From the NCBI RefSeq assembly GCF_964194025.1, contig NC_134479.1:30628001-30692000 (forward strand): 64,000 bases of DNA, written 5' to 3'. Positions within the stretch are counted from its first letter, which is position 1. Each line of letters starts with the position of its first letter. Below are positions 38,995 to 52,860 of this stretch, in pieces. The notes beneath the pieces are model-generated. The model was given only the letters and a program-made list of their open reading frames with translations, was not told where the DNA came from and searched no databases. The stretch is from Convolutriloba macropyga. Lineage: Eukaryota. Position numbers and translations under genes: made by a program.

Positions 38995-41900
38995 GTAATT
39001 TATATTACCCGGGCTGTGTAAAATTACTGTTCTATGTTGTGAATACACTTACTATATTTGTGAATATCTAACTTTTATGCACCTTCTACTTTTAAAGTGA
39101 TAATCTACTGTATAACAACTCATAATTTGGGGGCGAGTTATTGAATCTTTTTTCGGATCCTGTCATACTTGGATTTTCTTTATTTCTTTTCGAAAATTTT
39201 ATTTTTTTTAGTCAATAGGGTAGTTGAATATTTTCATGCAAGGCGTTGGGATTACTAATTGCGGGTTAAAAGACTATTTATTCATTAGCAACTCCTCCTG
39301 GGGGAGTGCTGGAAGAAGGGGGAGAATAGATCTCAGAAGCCTTTCTAACAACAACGTGCATAATTGCGAACCTGTGCAAATGCAAAATTCAGCAGTTTAG
39401 ATTCTTTGTTGACAGGTTGTCGAGCAAGCGAGAGTGGAGAGACGACAACAGTTGAAGAGGGCAGAGAAGGAGGCCACAGATCACATTATATCACTGCGAG
39501 AACAGGCCCACAAGGAGGTTAGTTCCACCAGATTTTTTTCTAAAAATATCAGCCCGGCCCCGGTAGCGTACGATAAAAAAAGTATTTGAATCTTGTATTG
39601 TATGTAGCACTGCTACAATAAGACGGCCACTATCGTCGACGTTGCCTATTAAGAGCAAGTGTTATAAATTATGACTAAGGTGCCGGAACAAAATACCCAA
39701 TGTCATAATACCCGATGTAACAAAATACCCAAAATTTACCCAATATTTTCTCCTAATGTTGAAAGCTAAAACATTAATCCGTAATATCTTCAAGATCTTG
39801 AACGATTCTGGAAGAATATTGCCACACGATATATCATCATGCAAAATTTTCCTCAGAATTTTCCCCTTGCAAGATGAACTTTTGTTTATCAAGATCTTGC
39901 GTGATAATTAGCAACCATAAAACGGTCCATAAAAAATTTTTTATGGCGTCTTATGGTAAGTACGGTACCATAAAAGTAAAGTACAGAATTTTGAAATTTT
40001 ATGCACAGAATCTTTGCTTTGGAACTGCATGTGGCCCTTTGGACTGTTTGGCAGCAAAATTCAAAAATTTTTATAATCGTTGTATGTTTAGTAGGTTCTA
40101 TAAAATCCATGTATGGCGTTTTATGATTAGAAGTTTCTTTTATGTTGGCGAACTCGAGAATTTTTGGTTTCGACGGGGATGTGAAGAAAATATAATGTTG
40201 TTAGGTCCAAGAGGCAAATGAGGCGTTCAGGAGCAAACACGCTGACGACATTGCTGCTGGTGAGGAAGATACAAAGGCAGCTCTTGAAAAAGTAGACCAA
40301 CTGGCCGAGGAGAACAGAGAAGCTGTTAGTATTTCATTCTGTCAACATACTTAGTTCTATCAATAATAAATATTCGAATTAGCATGTGTGCATGTGTGCA
40401 AAGTTAGATCAATTACGAAACGAAAATCTCCATTGAAATCTTATTAACGGACAGACTAAATTGGAATGGTTTTTTAAAATTATGCTAACATTTTTAACAA
40501 AACTTCAATGCGAAAACCTATTAAAGTTTTAGAAAATTTCGAAAATGTAAATAGATAATCAAGACACGTTACTGTATTTATGCACATTTGTAAATATTCA
40601 ACTGATCAAGTTTTTGACTCCTGTCGAAGCAAGTTATTGCGAAAACGTTCGAGAAATTCAACAATTTTAAATCACTTTTTACTCCTTTTACCATAATAAA
40701 TATACCTAAGTCTAACACACTTTATACTTATTAACTTATTATACTAATTACTTATTATACTAAATTATAGCGAGGTTACTCTAATTTTAGTCTAATCCGG
40801 ATCATCCAAATTTATCATGATTGCTTACCGCTATCATCAGGAACTTAGCTCCACTCATAGTAAACGGAAAAATTTGTAAGCTACCCGGGTCGAGGTGTCA
40901 CCACCATTCAACGCAAAAATTTTGTAAGACAAGCTGTGAATGCGGCGATGTTAGATAAATCAGGCGAAAATAACCCCTCTTTATAAAAAGGCATTACTTT
41001 GTGTCTCTTAAATAAGTCAAGGTAGCATGCTCCAAAAAAAATTCTGCGTCAATAGAATTAAAACAGAATAATGACACTTAAAGTGGCCACTGTCGGCGGT
41101 TTTTGATGCCTTTAGAAAACTACGATTTATAGACTGATAGTTAGTTATGAAACGCTTCATTTCTAACATGCACAGGGAAAAATCGGAAACCGTGGCTTGA
41201 TTCGATTCAGATTGAAGAAAACATTGAAATGGAAGAAAAATAAGTGAAAAAGTGGCCGATTTTAGCCGTGAAGGCATTTTATTTGAATGAGATTTTGAAA
41301 CTATCGAACAAAAATAAAAACTCTAACTATAAGGCAATCTTCAAAACTGGAAGCAACTTTTTCAAGTACATTCGCATTTTACATCACCACAGACATGCCA
41401 TTATTGAAAATTTGTCAAAAGCCAAATTAAGGTTCGAACGAATGAACTATTATCTTGCAAGATCTTGCAAGATTATACGTTATTTCAAAATCTTTCAAGA
41501 TTTTGCGAGATAACCGTCGGTTTATGACTAGGGTTGTTTAATGGTTGGCAAATTACAGTTGTTAAAATTAATGGCTGCTTAATCCGCTAGAAAAATGAAT
41601 GCAATGCGTTGCAAGTTATGGAAAGCCGACTATATAATTAAACAGCCGGTGGGACTTGATATGAAGCTATCAGAACCAAACCTTGGATATTTGAACGAAA
41701 AGATCAAAGAGCATTTGGTAAGTTGGCTTTGGGTAAAATGGCATTGGGTAAAATGGAATTGGGTAAATTGTCATGTAGCCAAAATTGCATTGCTAGGTAT
41801 AAAAATAAGTTAATGGTGTAATTGAAAAGTGCAAAATTCAAATAATTTCACTTTCATTCCACCTGTGATTCTTCTTTAATTCTCAACTCTTTTTTCTCCA

Positions 41901-42173
41901 CTTTTTCCACCCTTATTAAGGGTTGCACAAACGGTATGAACATATTTTTTACGCTCTTTACGCTTTTCCCCGTTTTCCGTTCGGTAAAACCTTCGACCCG
42001 GGTAAAAATGGATTCTGGTAAATTGTCATGCAACCTTATTGTAATAAAACAATTTATCGCTTGTTTTTTTAATACAGGTGATAGCCATGTTAGTGGAATG
42101 GTGCACTTCGGTTGAGCCACAACTGCACGAGAATCTATTTCCTCAACAGGGCAGCGAAGAGAGCAGCCAATAG
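38923..42173 (+). CDS. ATP6V1G: V-type proton ATPase subunit G-like, 129 aa; join(38923..38994,39416..39517,40205..40324,42078..42173)
   Basis: Three GT-AG phase-0 introns give MADSPAGGVGTITALLKAEKEAKQVVEQARVERRQQLKRAEKEATDHIISLREQAHKEVQEANEAFRSKHADDIAAGEEDTKAALEKVDQLAEENREAVIAMLVEWCTSVEPQLHENLFPQQGSEESSQ*; matches family hallmarks I..LL.AEK.A...V..AR..R...LK.A..EA, NR..V and P.LHEN. Confidence 0.9.
39416..39517 (+). CDS. ATP6V1G: V-ATPase subunit G coding exon B
   Basis: gacag|GTT ... GAG|gttagt; VVEQARVERRQQLKRAEKEATDHIISLREQAHKE. Confidence 0.9.
40205..40324 (+). CDS. ATP6V1G: V-ATPase subunit G coding exon C
   Basis: gttag|GTC ... GCT|gttagt; VQEANEAFRSKHADDIAAGEEDTKAALEKVDQLAEENREA. 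Confidence 0.88.
40884..42002. mobile_element. Intronic TA-flanked non-autonomous DNA element or nest of MITEs
   Basis: TA-CCCGGGTCGAGGT at left and ACCTTCGACCCGGG-TA at right (same core as the 35224 MITE); contains TCTTGCAAGA block (41450-41533) and TGGGTAAAATGG repeats (41716-41780). Confidence 0.55.
42078..42173 (+). CDS. ATP6V1G: V-ATPase subunit G last coding exon
   Basis: tacag|GTG ... TAG; VIAMLVEWCTSVEPQLHENLFPQQGSEESSQ*. Confidence 0.9.
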   Translation: MIAMLVEWCTSVEPQLHENLFPQQGSEESSQ

Positions 42174-42602
42174 AATTGCAGAATTATGAACACAACTTGA
42201 ACAGATGAAATATCGACCTCCATTGATTACCATCAGCATAATCTATATATTTGCCCTTATCAACAAAAATTATTTATGTTTATATATAAAGAATCTTTCT
42301 TTTAATTAACAGTGAACCAATAATAATGTATTTTCTTCAAGGTGTGACGTTTTAAGTTGTCCACAGTAAGCAACAGCGTTTATATTCTCAACATTTTTTT
42401 GTGTCTACATTCGCACTTAGCCAGGCACAAGCGTAATGAGTTGTTATGCGATGAAAAGTTGATTTACAAATGCTTCAAAAACTTTCGCATCACTTAAACA
42501 AATGTTTGCATATGATTCAGGACGCATGAAATATCACTATCAAAATTGGGAACATTTTTATTAAACAGAAAAAAAATTAGAGAATGAAATTGGACAGAAA
42601 TT

Positions 42603-43145
42603 CTACTCGACGCTGAAAATTAATTGTTTCCTTAGGTGTCTTTCAAACTGAAAAATCAAATTTTCAGTAAGTCATATAAATTTATGAATATGAATTCTCT
42701 GGGTTTAAGTTGTTCATCAATTTTGTCAGCAACAACTATTTCTCCAAGTTCTCAAAAAGTCAGTCTACGAGCGAAAATTTGAATCACTGAATTCATCTCT
42801 TATCGCAGATGGTCAACTTGAACCCTTCTCGAGATTCTGGTTTTTTGCATTTTTCTGAATATAACTAGAGAGTAATTTTTATAAAAAATTCTCTTATTTT
42901 TAAGTTTGTTCGATCAAATGGCTGCTAAAAACTGTTTATATGTAAAAATAGATCCTGATTGTGACCACATCATAGAAACATGTCCAGAAATCTTAACATT
43001 TCAGCAGAAATAGCAAATCATTGATTCTTGTTGGTCAATTGAAAATGGCGGAATTAATTGTTTCAGCGTCAATTAGTAGGGGGAGGACCATATACTCCAC
43101 AGGGTTTGATCCTCTTTGTTCAGTCAATGTTGGACGACCCCTATA
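42603..43145. mobile_element. Eroded Tc1/mariner-like non-autonomous element
   Basis: Inverted repeat CTACT..GACGCTGAAA.AATTAATT at 42603 and 43052-43079; right end reads TATAGGGGTCGTCCAACATTGACTGAACA on the minus strand. Confidence 0.5.
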
Positions 43146-46100
43146 TGTATTTTAGATTTTGTCTTTTAGCGGTTGCAATTATTGGCCAAGCTTTATTCAT
43201 TTAATTTTTTTGTGTTTTTTTTCAGTGTTTTTTTAGTGTTTTCGGTTGATAGTTTGCGTTTACTAATTCATTGTGTTCCTAATTTTAAGTTAAGACTAAC
43301 CATTCACGCGCCAGGAACTCAAAGAGCGATTTTTTTAAGGTGGACTATAACACGCAGAAGCTGGAAATGCCTGCATAATGTTAATTGTTACTTAATTTTA
43401 GAAGTGTTTTTAGGTCAATTGTGTGATAAGTTTTTGAACGTTCATTATTTATCATTTTTTTGTAAAAAGATTTTTAAAGCCAACTTTAAATCAAAATTGG
43501 AAGTTTTAATGATATTAAAGAGAAATTGCCCCAACAAGACACTTATGATGGGATGCTACTAGAAAACTGAAAGTTTTACAAATATTATTCAAATATCACC
43601 AAATTGGTCAGCAAAATTTGAAGCTTAGCGCTTTTGGAGAAAATTGACTTTATACTTGCTTTTTTTTGCTTGAAAAAAGTATTGTCTGTCGCGCATAAAC
43701 AGAGAAAGCTTTTAATCAATTCTCCACTGTTCTTGGTAAAAATTAATTCCATCCCTTTCAGATTCCCGTTTATCATTCCTTGATACCCATGGCATCGTTT
43801 ATATAAACGAGAGCTTTTTGGTAGGAGAGGCAAAAGACACCTATTCCATTAAATTCTGAAAAACTCTACTTAACATCTAGTCCCATAGGAAGCCTTTCCC
43901 ACATATACAGACTGAAAAGTTTTAAAGTTTTATAAAAATTTTTAATTCTAGACCCTATTCTGGTAGCATCATTTAAACGTATCCCAAAAAAAATGTTGGT
44001 TCCAGAAGAGAATATTTCTTTCCAGCAAACAATGACATCACTGTTTTTCGTTAATGGAAATCATATTTTCTTTCTTTGTTCGTTCAGACCACCATACTTT
44101 AAAACTAACCAAAACTTGCCGTCTTTTTTGGAAACACTAATTACGGCGCTGCCCATTCTGAGCGTGCTGGGTGAACTAAGTAACCTCCTTATATATCTTC
44201 AACAATCGCTTTAATCACTCTTCGTTTCTCAAAGCTTGTGCTACCGTATATTTATCTAAATGGCGCAACCTCTATCTTATTTGTTTTTTGTATTTTATAA
44301 CTTTAATATTTATATTTCTGATATTTTGCCAACTGATTTGATTTTCTAGATAACTAATCATATTATGTTTCCTAACATAGTTTTTGCATTTTTCTGTGTT
44401 CCTCAGACGACAATTTCATTGGACTCGTAATCACAATCTTCTCATAAGCAGTACAAACTTTTAATTTTGCCTTTACTCCGGTGTTGCTTTTTTCCATTTT
44501 TCAAAGGTTTTTTCAAAGATTTCAGTGCATGGGCGTCTCAAAATTCTGCGATTTTTGCGTCTTCTCTTAAACTGTTCAGAGTTTGACCCTATACAACATC
44601 ATCAATCAAGTGGATTAGCGATCTTGCTATCACAATATCTCCTAAAAAAACATCAAAATCTTCACGTAAGAATTAATGTAGATAAAATGTTAAATTTGTT
44701 CATTTTTTTTTGTCGGTTGGACTTAAATATCAGTATGTTGTGGTCCTTTTACCTTCTTCATGAATTATATTCAATTTGACAAATTGTTCGTAACAATGAG
44801 ATGATCAGTGGTTCTCTGTTTTGATTATATTGCAACTTTGACTTGTTTTGCTGTTATTGGAACAACTTAAAAAGTTTCTGGTTTAATCGTAAAATAATTC
44901 GTTTTTTCTTGGGTTTTTAAATACAATGAAAAATTCAAATAAATTGCTTTCTTGGAAAAAAAAGGCTTTGAATCAGTTTGTACACTAAAAACGCGAAAAA
45001 ATTTTTAGATGTGGATTTTGTACTTAAATAATAGTTGACGTTTCTACAAGCATTTCTCCGTTCTGGACAGCTTCTCAAATTTCATTGCAACATGTGATCT
45101 GCTTTGGTTCTCATGGTTGCCTATAAGATTAACAGGAGTGATTCACTTATAAAATGAACACGACGTCCGCTTTAAATTTAAGCTATTCTCATTTGTCATG
45201 TATCAATCTTTCGCTAAAAAAGCCTTCATTGGGAATTTCCCGCCACTTAATTTTTTTTACGTATTTCGCTGAACATGAAGCCCTGCTAGTTCTTGATTAA
45301 TTGAAAACAATTGCGTGTGAAACAGTTTGAAATTTCCATTCTGAAAACATATCAAACAATCTATAGAAGCAAAATTTGTTGGCCGTAATGACAACATATC
45401 ATTTCTCAAAACTACAGCTGCTTTTGGATGTGCCGCACAACTCTCGTGCGATCGATCTCTTTGTCTGTTTTCTATTTTCCCTTGTTTCAGTCTGGTTTTC
45501 CCAACATTGAGGCGTTACATAGTACATCGTTACATAGTTACATAGGACTCTTGGAGTAACGTTATCAGTGCTCATGTTAGCAAGTAACCAAGCAAAGCTG
45601 TTATTTTTTCAGCAGGAAGCTCGAATTTCATAGATATTATCTTGCAGAACACAAATGATTTCTCGTGGCAATGTTTTCTGAAAATATGTAAAATCTCATC
45701 TGATTTATCTCTTCCTAGTGTCCTCTGAAAAAATACAATAGAAGTCTAAAAATGATATTTGTAATTTTAGAAAAAGATAATACGGCCGTTCATTAATTCG
45801 GTGTCGGTGCTATTTAACGTTTCGTTTCTTTGCCACTTTAAAATTTAGCCGACATCCCAAAGTGTTAATAGAACTTAGAAGTATTATAGATCTTAATGGC
45901 GTTTACAGTTAACAGTTTACAGCCTTTTTTGATGTGTGCTACTCCCTCTTTTTTCTAAGTGAAAACTGTTGTTTTTCTATTTATTTCGATGATTCTGTTG
46001 GTTACTTAAACGACACGTAAATATAAACGCTTGTACTTAAATTCAACATTTTTAAGCATCAAGGACAGTTTTTCTTTTTGTTGGAAAAAAAATTTGCGAA

Positions 46101-46449
46101 GGTCAAAAGTTATGTTATAATTCTATTTGTCTGAAAGTCAAAGGCAGTTGATATTGGACGCTTTCATTATCTACAAAACAAATCGTCAACAAAACGATGC
46201 AAAACAATTGTTTATTGAGTACTCAATTGACAAGCAAGACATGATTTTTCTGATTGATTCTCAATCGAAAGTCACGTTTCCTTGTTCTCCTCTTAATGTT
46301 GAAACGTTTACAGTGCCATTATAATATCAAGAGTTAAACTGAAATTCAGTAAAACTCTTGGTTTTAATTGGTGGCTGATTTCCTTTGTTTTAGTCTCTAT
46401 TGCCACTACAGCAGTTAATTGCCCGTGCACAACATATGTCATAAATTTT

Positions 46450-46558
46450 TTCTGATTGGACGTGACACGTAATGCAAGAGCATAGACTAATAAGTAGTTT
46501 CAGTAGATAGAACATTTTGCTATTTCAGCAAAAATTAGCTGAACAACATCCTGAGATG
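46450..46558 (+). other. Candidate promoter and ATG-ending first exon of an unidentified gene
   Basis: CTGATTGG (inverted CCAAT) and ACGTGACACGT at 46452-46470; tatttcag|CAAAAATTAGCTGAACAACATCCTGAGATG|gtaaga. Confidence 0.3.
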
Positions 46559-49500
46559 GTAAGAGCGGTTTTTAAAGATTTCCCAAAATTACTTATATTG
46601 GTCCCTTCCAATACATGTGCTGTTACTGTGGTAGTTTTGCAATGTTAACACTGCTGATATGTAATTTTTCTTAAAATGAACCTACATAGCTTAAGATTTG
46701 TTATAATGAAAATCTGCTTCAACTATGTGACAGCTGTCAACATAACACAGGTGTTAAGGAAAAAACTGAACCATTTTTGAAGCCCAAGGTTTATTAGTTC
46801 TCTACTTACATGCAAGTGACACTCACAATCTGCGTAATAAACTTGAATATGTCATTTGCTAAGGACTTGAAAAGTCCAGTTCCTGATGTCACAGTTTTAG
46901 TCCTTGAAAAGCAAACGGAAAACAGTATACCTTATTATGATCATTTTGTGAAACGTATAAGTAAAAACGTTTAACACAAAGCACTGTTATAATTAATCAC
47001 AGAGGAAAAACTTGGTACTCAGGCTGATATGGGTAATAAATGTTGGACGAAACTAAATTAGAAGAAAAATGTCTACTCACGTACTTCGACGTACCAAATT
47101 GAAATTGCGCTTGGGCAATTGTTACTCGTAACTGTAGCCGAAGATTTCTTCTATCATGAAGACTTCTGCCGTCGGACTTAAACTTAAGTTCGTAGCGCTC
47201 ATTTACTGTTTTGGGGAATTTTGTTTAAGGATCTTGTTTCAAAAAATAAGCAGTATCCAAAATAAAAGATTCCATGATGAATTATTTGCAGAAGTGGAAG
47301 TTGCCTTGTGAGCAAATTGCCTTGTCGAAGCACAAACAATAACGGGAGGACAAATCCGAGATGAGCACAGTTGTCGAATACTTTTTACTTCGTTTCTATA
47401 GCCCGAATTTCATTGAAAAATTTATCTGGAGAGTTTTTCTACCCTAGAGCGGTTGTACCAAAAGTTTTTTCTCTGCTTGTTGTACTCGTTTGTCGCATAC
47501 TCACATTGTCCTCCATCATACATTTTTTGCGACCCATCCCCCCAGAACACCCCAAAGAGACACATCCCACTAAATCTTGATCGACTGCTTGCTCCAACAC
47601 AACATTACCTCTTATCTGTGTTATTCTCTATTGTCACATCAAAGTGCCCGATACAAACGATAGAAGAGGCCATTTTTGAAATCAGTACTGACTTGTTTCG
47701 GCGCAGATGCAGCAAAAACACAAACTTGTCACCAAATATATCAGGCAGGTTTCTTTGAACGTTATTCTCTGGAAGTTTTTGTCGACAGCGGTAGCGTTCT
47801 AAAAGTTCTTTTATAAGAACACGGGGAAAATAAGCAATCAAAAAGCGCGTTAAAAAACTCGAGAAACAACAAAATGACTAGTCAAAGGACAAAATTGTTA
47901 AAAGAGTTAGTTGTAGTAAAGTGCTAGTAGAAAGAGGATAACCTATTAGAATGGTTTAGAATGTGCCTTTGTTAACAAAGTCTGTCGCTGCCTGGGTAAA
48001 AAGAAATTGGAAAATTTTGTCCAGGTATTGCAAAAGAATATCTACCAGTAAGGACATGCGCTTTTTTGTCCAAGTGTATGAATCCACTTCACAAAGTAGA
48101 AAACCAGAGTTTGTTTGCCCATTTTTTCCCCAAAAATTCACACCTAAGGAACTCTTGTACTTTGTTGTCCAGGCCTGCAGCCAGTACTAGCATTACTGCA
48201 TTTACTATGGGGTAAATAATAATAAACATGTTCTTTGCGTAAATCATCACAGATTCAAGGTGCGGCATTGGAATTTCGACCAAATGATGTCACCTGATAA
48301 AAAAGTCCAAAGAAAACAAAATTCAGACTGGAGAAGGGATTCTCAAAATTCTTAAGCCTCTTTGATGTGATAAATTTTACTAAACTGTCTCTTTTTTGAA
48401 TAATGACTACTGATGATGCAAGCAAAAACGTGGCCTCAAGAATCCACTCAACTTCTGGATTCTAACAAGGCATGGAAAAGCTGCTTGTACCGATAAACAT
48501 TGATCTTTATTACAAAACTCTCACGTGGAAACTCACAAAGGACTGGCTACATTGTTTGCTGAAAGTCATTCTGGTCCATCTAAAAGAATCTAAGTTATAC
48601 TCAAGAACAATTAATCTTGTCGATAGTAGAATGAAAACTTTGATGAACTCTTGACGAAAAATTGGTTACCAAGGTTAATTACAAAAGTTGACTGAATTTA
48701 TTATCAAACCGATTGAAAATTGGAGTAAACTTGATAGGCAAATTTTTAATCCAGCCACAAACGAACACCAGTTTTTAGCATTTTTGGTGTACCTGAAAAC
48801 CGCAAAAAATTCTAAATGAACGTTTATTGAAGGACAAACAAACAATACAAAAAAAAGCTGCAGAAATTTGAATTAGCTATTGAAGTTTGTTTCCACGAAA
48901 AAACGTCCAATTTTGGTAATGTGCTCGCCTAATTGAGATGATATGTTTCGCCTAACCAATGGAATTGAAAGCAAGTTGCTTGAACCTCAGAAGATATTGG
49001 TCCTACCCCAATTATCCCTGGTGGATAAAAAAGAGAAATAACTGCTAAAGAAAATGTTCGAAATGATACAAAAAGAAGCCTTAGAATTAGGAAAGTTAGA
49101 AAGTTTTCAGATTTATGGTACTGACTTCCTCGATAATCTTGTATCGACTTTTAAACAGTAAACTATTGCCAAATTACTGCAGGCTGCTTTTAATAATATT
49201 GCAAAGATGAACCAGTTTTTGACGGGCAAATGTGATACAAAAGCAATGCAACTCATCCGGATTCAGTACAAAAAACTCTTGCAATCCTTGTTAAAACCAG
49301 TTTTAATTTTGAAAAGATCAAAGAAGAACATATGTCAAAAAATATCTGTTTAGAGCTGTGAGATTTGGAAATTCGGTTTAAACTTGTACGAATTGCTTTT
49401 TTTAGGGACTTTTTTATTTTCAAGAGTAAACTTAAACTTTATTACTAGCTTTTATTATTGAAAAGATTGATAACATTCTGGTTTAGGTGTTTATTCTGAC

Positions 49501-50069
49501 ATCTTTTTATTGTATATTGCCTCATGAAGCAATTAAGTCTTTAACAAAGTCCGAGATAAGTAAATATTTTGAAGAAGAGCTCGCAGAATAGGAAAAAAAC
49601 AGTTTTCGAAGAAAAAATGTTCAGCAAGATAGAAATATACACAAGTTGTGTACCAACCAGCTTCTTTATACCATCAAAATCACTCTTTGTGAGACCGAAC
49701 CAATCATTGATTTCAACAAATGTGAGATATTTATTAGATACGTTGCAAGAGTCTATGCAGTTCACTAGAATCAAATGTGTCCAAAACCAGCACAGTGTGA
49801 TGTGAACAGAATAGTTGTTTCCAGGAGCAACTCATTGAGATCACAAAGAAGTCAATTGAAGGCAGTTGTTTGCAAAGTCTAAGGAACAAACCTTTGACGC
49901 GCCTTACAGCAAACTCAAGTACAAACTCTAACTCGGATTTCGCCATGAGTTTGCTCCTGTTTGGCTTCTACCCTTTCATGACCAAAAATACAAAATAAAG
50001 GACCAAAAACAAACTGCGAAGCTGAGAATTTTATTTCTTCATTTTCTTAATGATTTAGATGATGCAATA

Positions 50070-50857
50070 GCCGTGTTTAGATGCGCAACCCTAGACCGCA
50101 CAAATCAGACCGTTTGTATCGCACACTGGTGGCTATGTGCGACCCAAAAAAAGGTCTAGGAAACACCAGATTTGCACGATGGTCTGGATAATGATCGCTT
50201 TACGGTCTAATCAGAGGGCAGAGTCTGGCAAATGGTCTGAACAATGGTTGCACTACAATATGATCAGAGGCCAAAGTCTGGAGCTAGATTGCCTCAAAAT
50301 TTTACCACAGAGCATTAGCTGACCTGACCGTATTTATTTGACTGCAGTTTTTCATTCTTTCTGATGAATGAAGGGAAAAGTTGAAGGCACTTCAATATGA
50401 ATAACTGTGTATATTTTATCAAATAGATTTGTCCTAACCCTAACGAGATAAACTAAGTTATTCAAGTTTAAGTTGAGCAGTATATAGGTTTGAACTAAAA
50501 AAAATTGAACGAATAAAAACGGATTGTAACATGTGCTCAAGAATGGTCTGCTCATACGACGAAATTTGAAGTATTGTCTGATCAGAGGGAGCGTTGGTTG
50601 CACTAAAGTTGCACAAATTTTTGGGTCGCATCAGAGTCGCACGGAATAATTGGGTGGCACGATATTCTGATCAGAGGGATTTCGGTTGAACGACAGCCTG
50701 ATCTGAATTCTTTTGGGTCGCACTATTGTCGCACAATTTCTTGGGTCGCACTACGGTCTGATCAGAGGGCTTGGGATCGCACGATGGTCTGATAAGAGGG
50801 CAAAGTCTGGCAAATGGTCTAATCCGAGCGTTCTATGGTCGCGCACCTAAACCTGAG
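50070..50857. mobile_element. TA-flanked MITE with internal subrepeats
   Basis: TIR GTTTAGRTGCGCRACCMTAGA; multiple GGTCGCAC-ATGGTCTGATCAGAGGG units inside. Confidence 0.75.
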
Positions 50858-51774
50858 TACTCATTTAAAAAAATGTAACCTACTGTCCCTAAATCAGTCG
50901 TACCTGGCGGATCACAAGCAATGATGGCGACACAGACAGCAATAGATCTACAGAGAAAAGTGTCACCGGGAGCGTTTGGCAAAGCTCCATCCTATGACCA
51001 CTACTGTTTGTTTTTCATTTCATCAACAACCTAGCAGAAACACGAACAGAAAAGAAACGATGTTTTGCTGATTGTTTCTATGCCATTTTCCTGGACCAAT
51101 TAAAATGGAAATCAGCCACAAACAGAATGCTGCTAATATTTAAAAAAATTCACAATACTCATTATCAAAGGTGATCTAGAAGCAAACCTGATGTCTAAAC
51201 CCTTAAGTTAGTTAGACACGCAAAAAGATTCCAGACTAGTATTTTTCAGTCAGCTAACTTTGAATATAAACTGTTCCAGCACCGCAACAATGGCAATACA
51301 GCTTTCCTATCAAATAAAATAAACATAACAGATAAGTGCGCAGCCCGAACAAAACCCAATGCATATACTGAATATGTAGTCCCAATTGCTACATATGCGT
51401 CAAAAAGTCAATTTTCCGTGTAACGCTATCATGAAATAAATAGAAAGAAGAGAAACGTCCTTTAAAAAGGATTCTAATATAAGAAAGCCAATATAGGAAA
51501 TGTCTTTGCAAATTAAGCCTGTACACGGAAATGGAAGATATCCTAATACATCTAGCGCTACTAAGAAAACTTTTGAAAACTAATTCGCTTAATATTTGAC
51601 CCGTGCGGAACAATACGACAATCATACAGATGCCAAACGCAAATTTTTGCCCGTCGGACCGATCAAATAAACCGTTACCAGTATTAATAAAAAATGCTTC
51701 TGGTCAAAAAAATAGGTCCATCCGGGGGTCAAATATTTACATAGATATGTCAGCTTTTTTGTCAAAGTTTATGG

Positions 51775-52805
51775 AGTTCAGTTTATTCACTTTTTCCTTC
51801 TTCGTAGGTTGAACATCCACATTATATTTACCATGTGCAAGATTCTTTTTCATGAAATCTTAAATTGTAAAATTTTTGTTAGAGGTTCTTAATGAAAAAG
51901 GAAAACACATTTGAAAAACCATTACAGATCTCTGTTAGTTGAACTGCTCTAGTCCAGAAACCAGATTCGCAATTTTCCTGTCTAAAGCTCTAAGATCTGT
52001 TTTGTGTTGATTGGGCACTTGTGCAACCCACGTCCTAAATTATGATATGGTCCATTCAAATTATGTCAGCGCTACAAACTAGTATTTCGGCAAAATGAAG
52101 AATCAAATGAAGTTCTTGGTAAGCCAAAAAGTCTTCTAACTGACCATTGGTGCCATGAATCCATCTTACTGCTTTGCGTTGGACGCTTTTGATTACAATG
52201 AGGTCAGATTTTTTGAAATTCTACATATGGGTTGCATAGCTAAAAATTGGCACTACATAGCTAGTGAATGCATTTCTCTTATTCAGTAGAGCAGTGTTTG
52301 ATAAGTTTCGCATCAAACTTAATTGGACTTTAAGTTCCTTTTACAATCTATACTTGTGAAAATCTGTCCGGTTTAAATTGTCCGAAAAAATCAAGCCCAG
52401 ATGTTTGAGAAATTGAGAATACTGATTGAAAGTAACAGTTAAAGAGGTCGGCCTTTTTGATCTGTGCGTTCTATCTGGTTTTATCTGATTGTCTGTGTGT
52501 TCCAGTTGCTTATTGGGACGAATTTCACTTGGTATGAAACTATTTCTCGAGAAATTCTTCAACCATTGCTGTATGTCAGAGAACTCACCCTTTTTGAAAA
52601 ATTTAGGTAGGTAGGTTTAACTTTCAAATTTTGCTTTTAGTAAATTTTTTTGCAAATTTGGTGTATTTAACCTGCAAAATTTTTGATTTCTTGATTTTAT
52701 AAGATGACGCTGATGATATCCATGGTGCGAGCTCTGTGCGACGTTTGATTTTCCTGGGAACGAAGTTTTATATAACATCATACAACCATTCATATCATTG
52801 TTTCA

Positions 52806-52860
<55 letters not shown>

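Noticed and set aside
51591-51737. Short inverted repeat AATATTTGACCC
   Set aside because: Probably an eroded MITE, but termini and TSD could not be defined.
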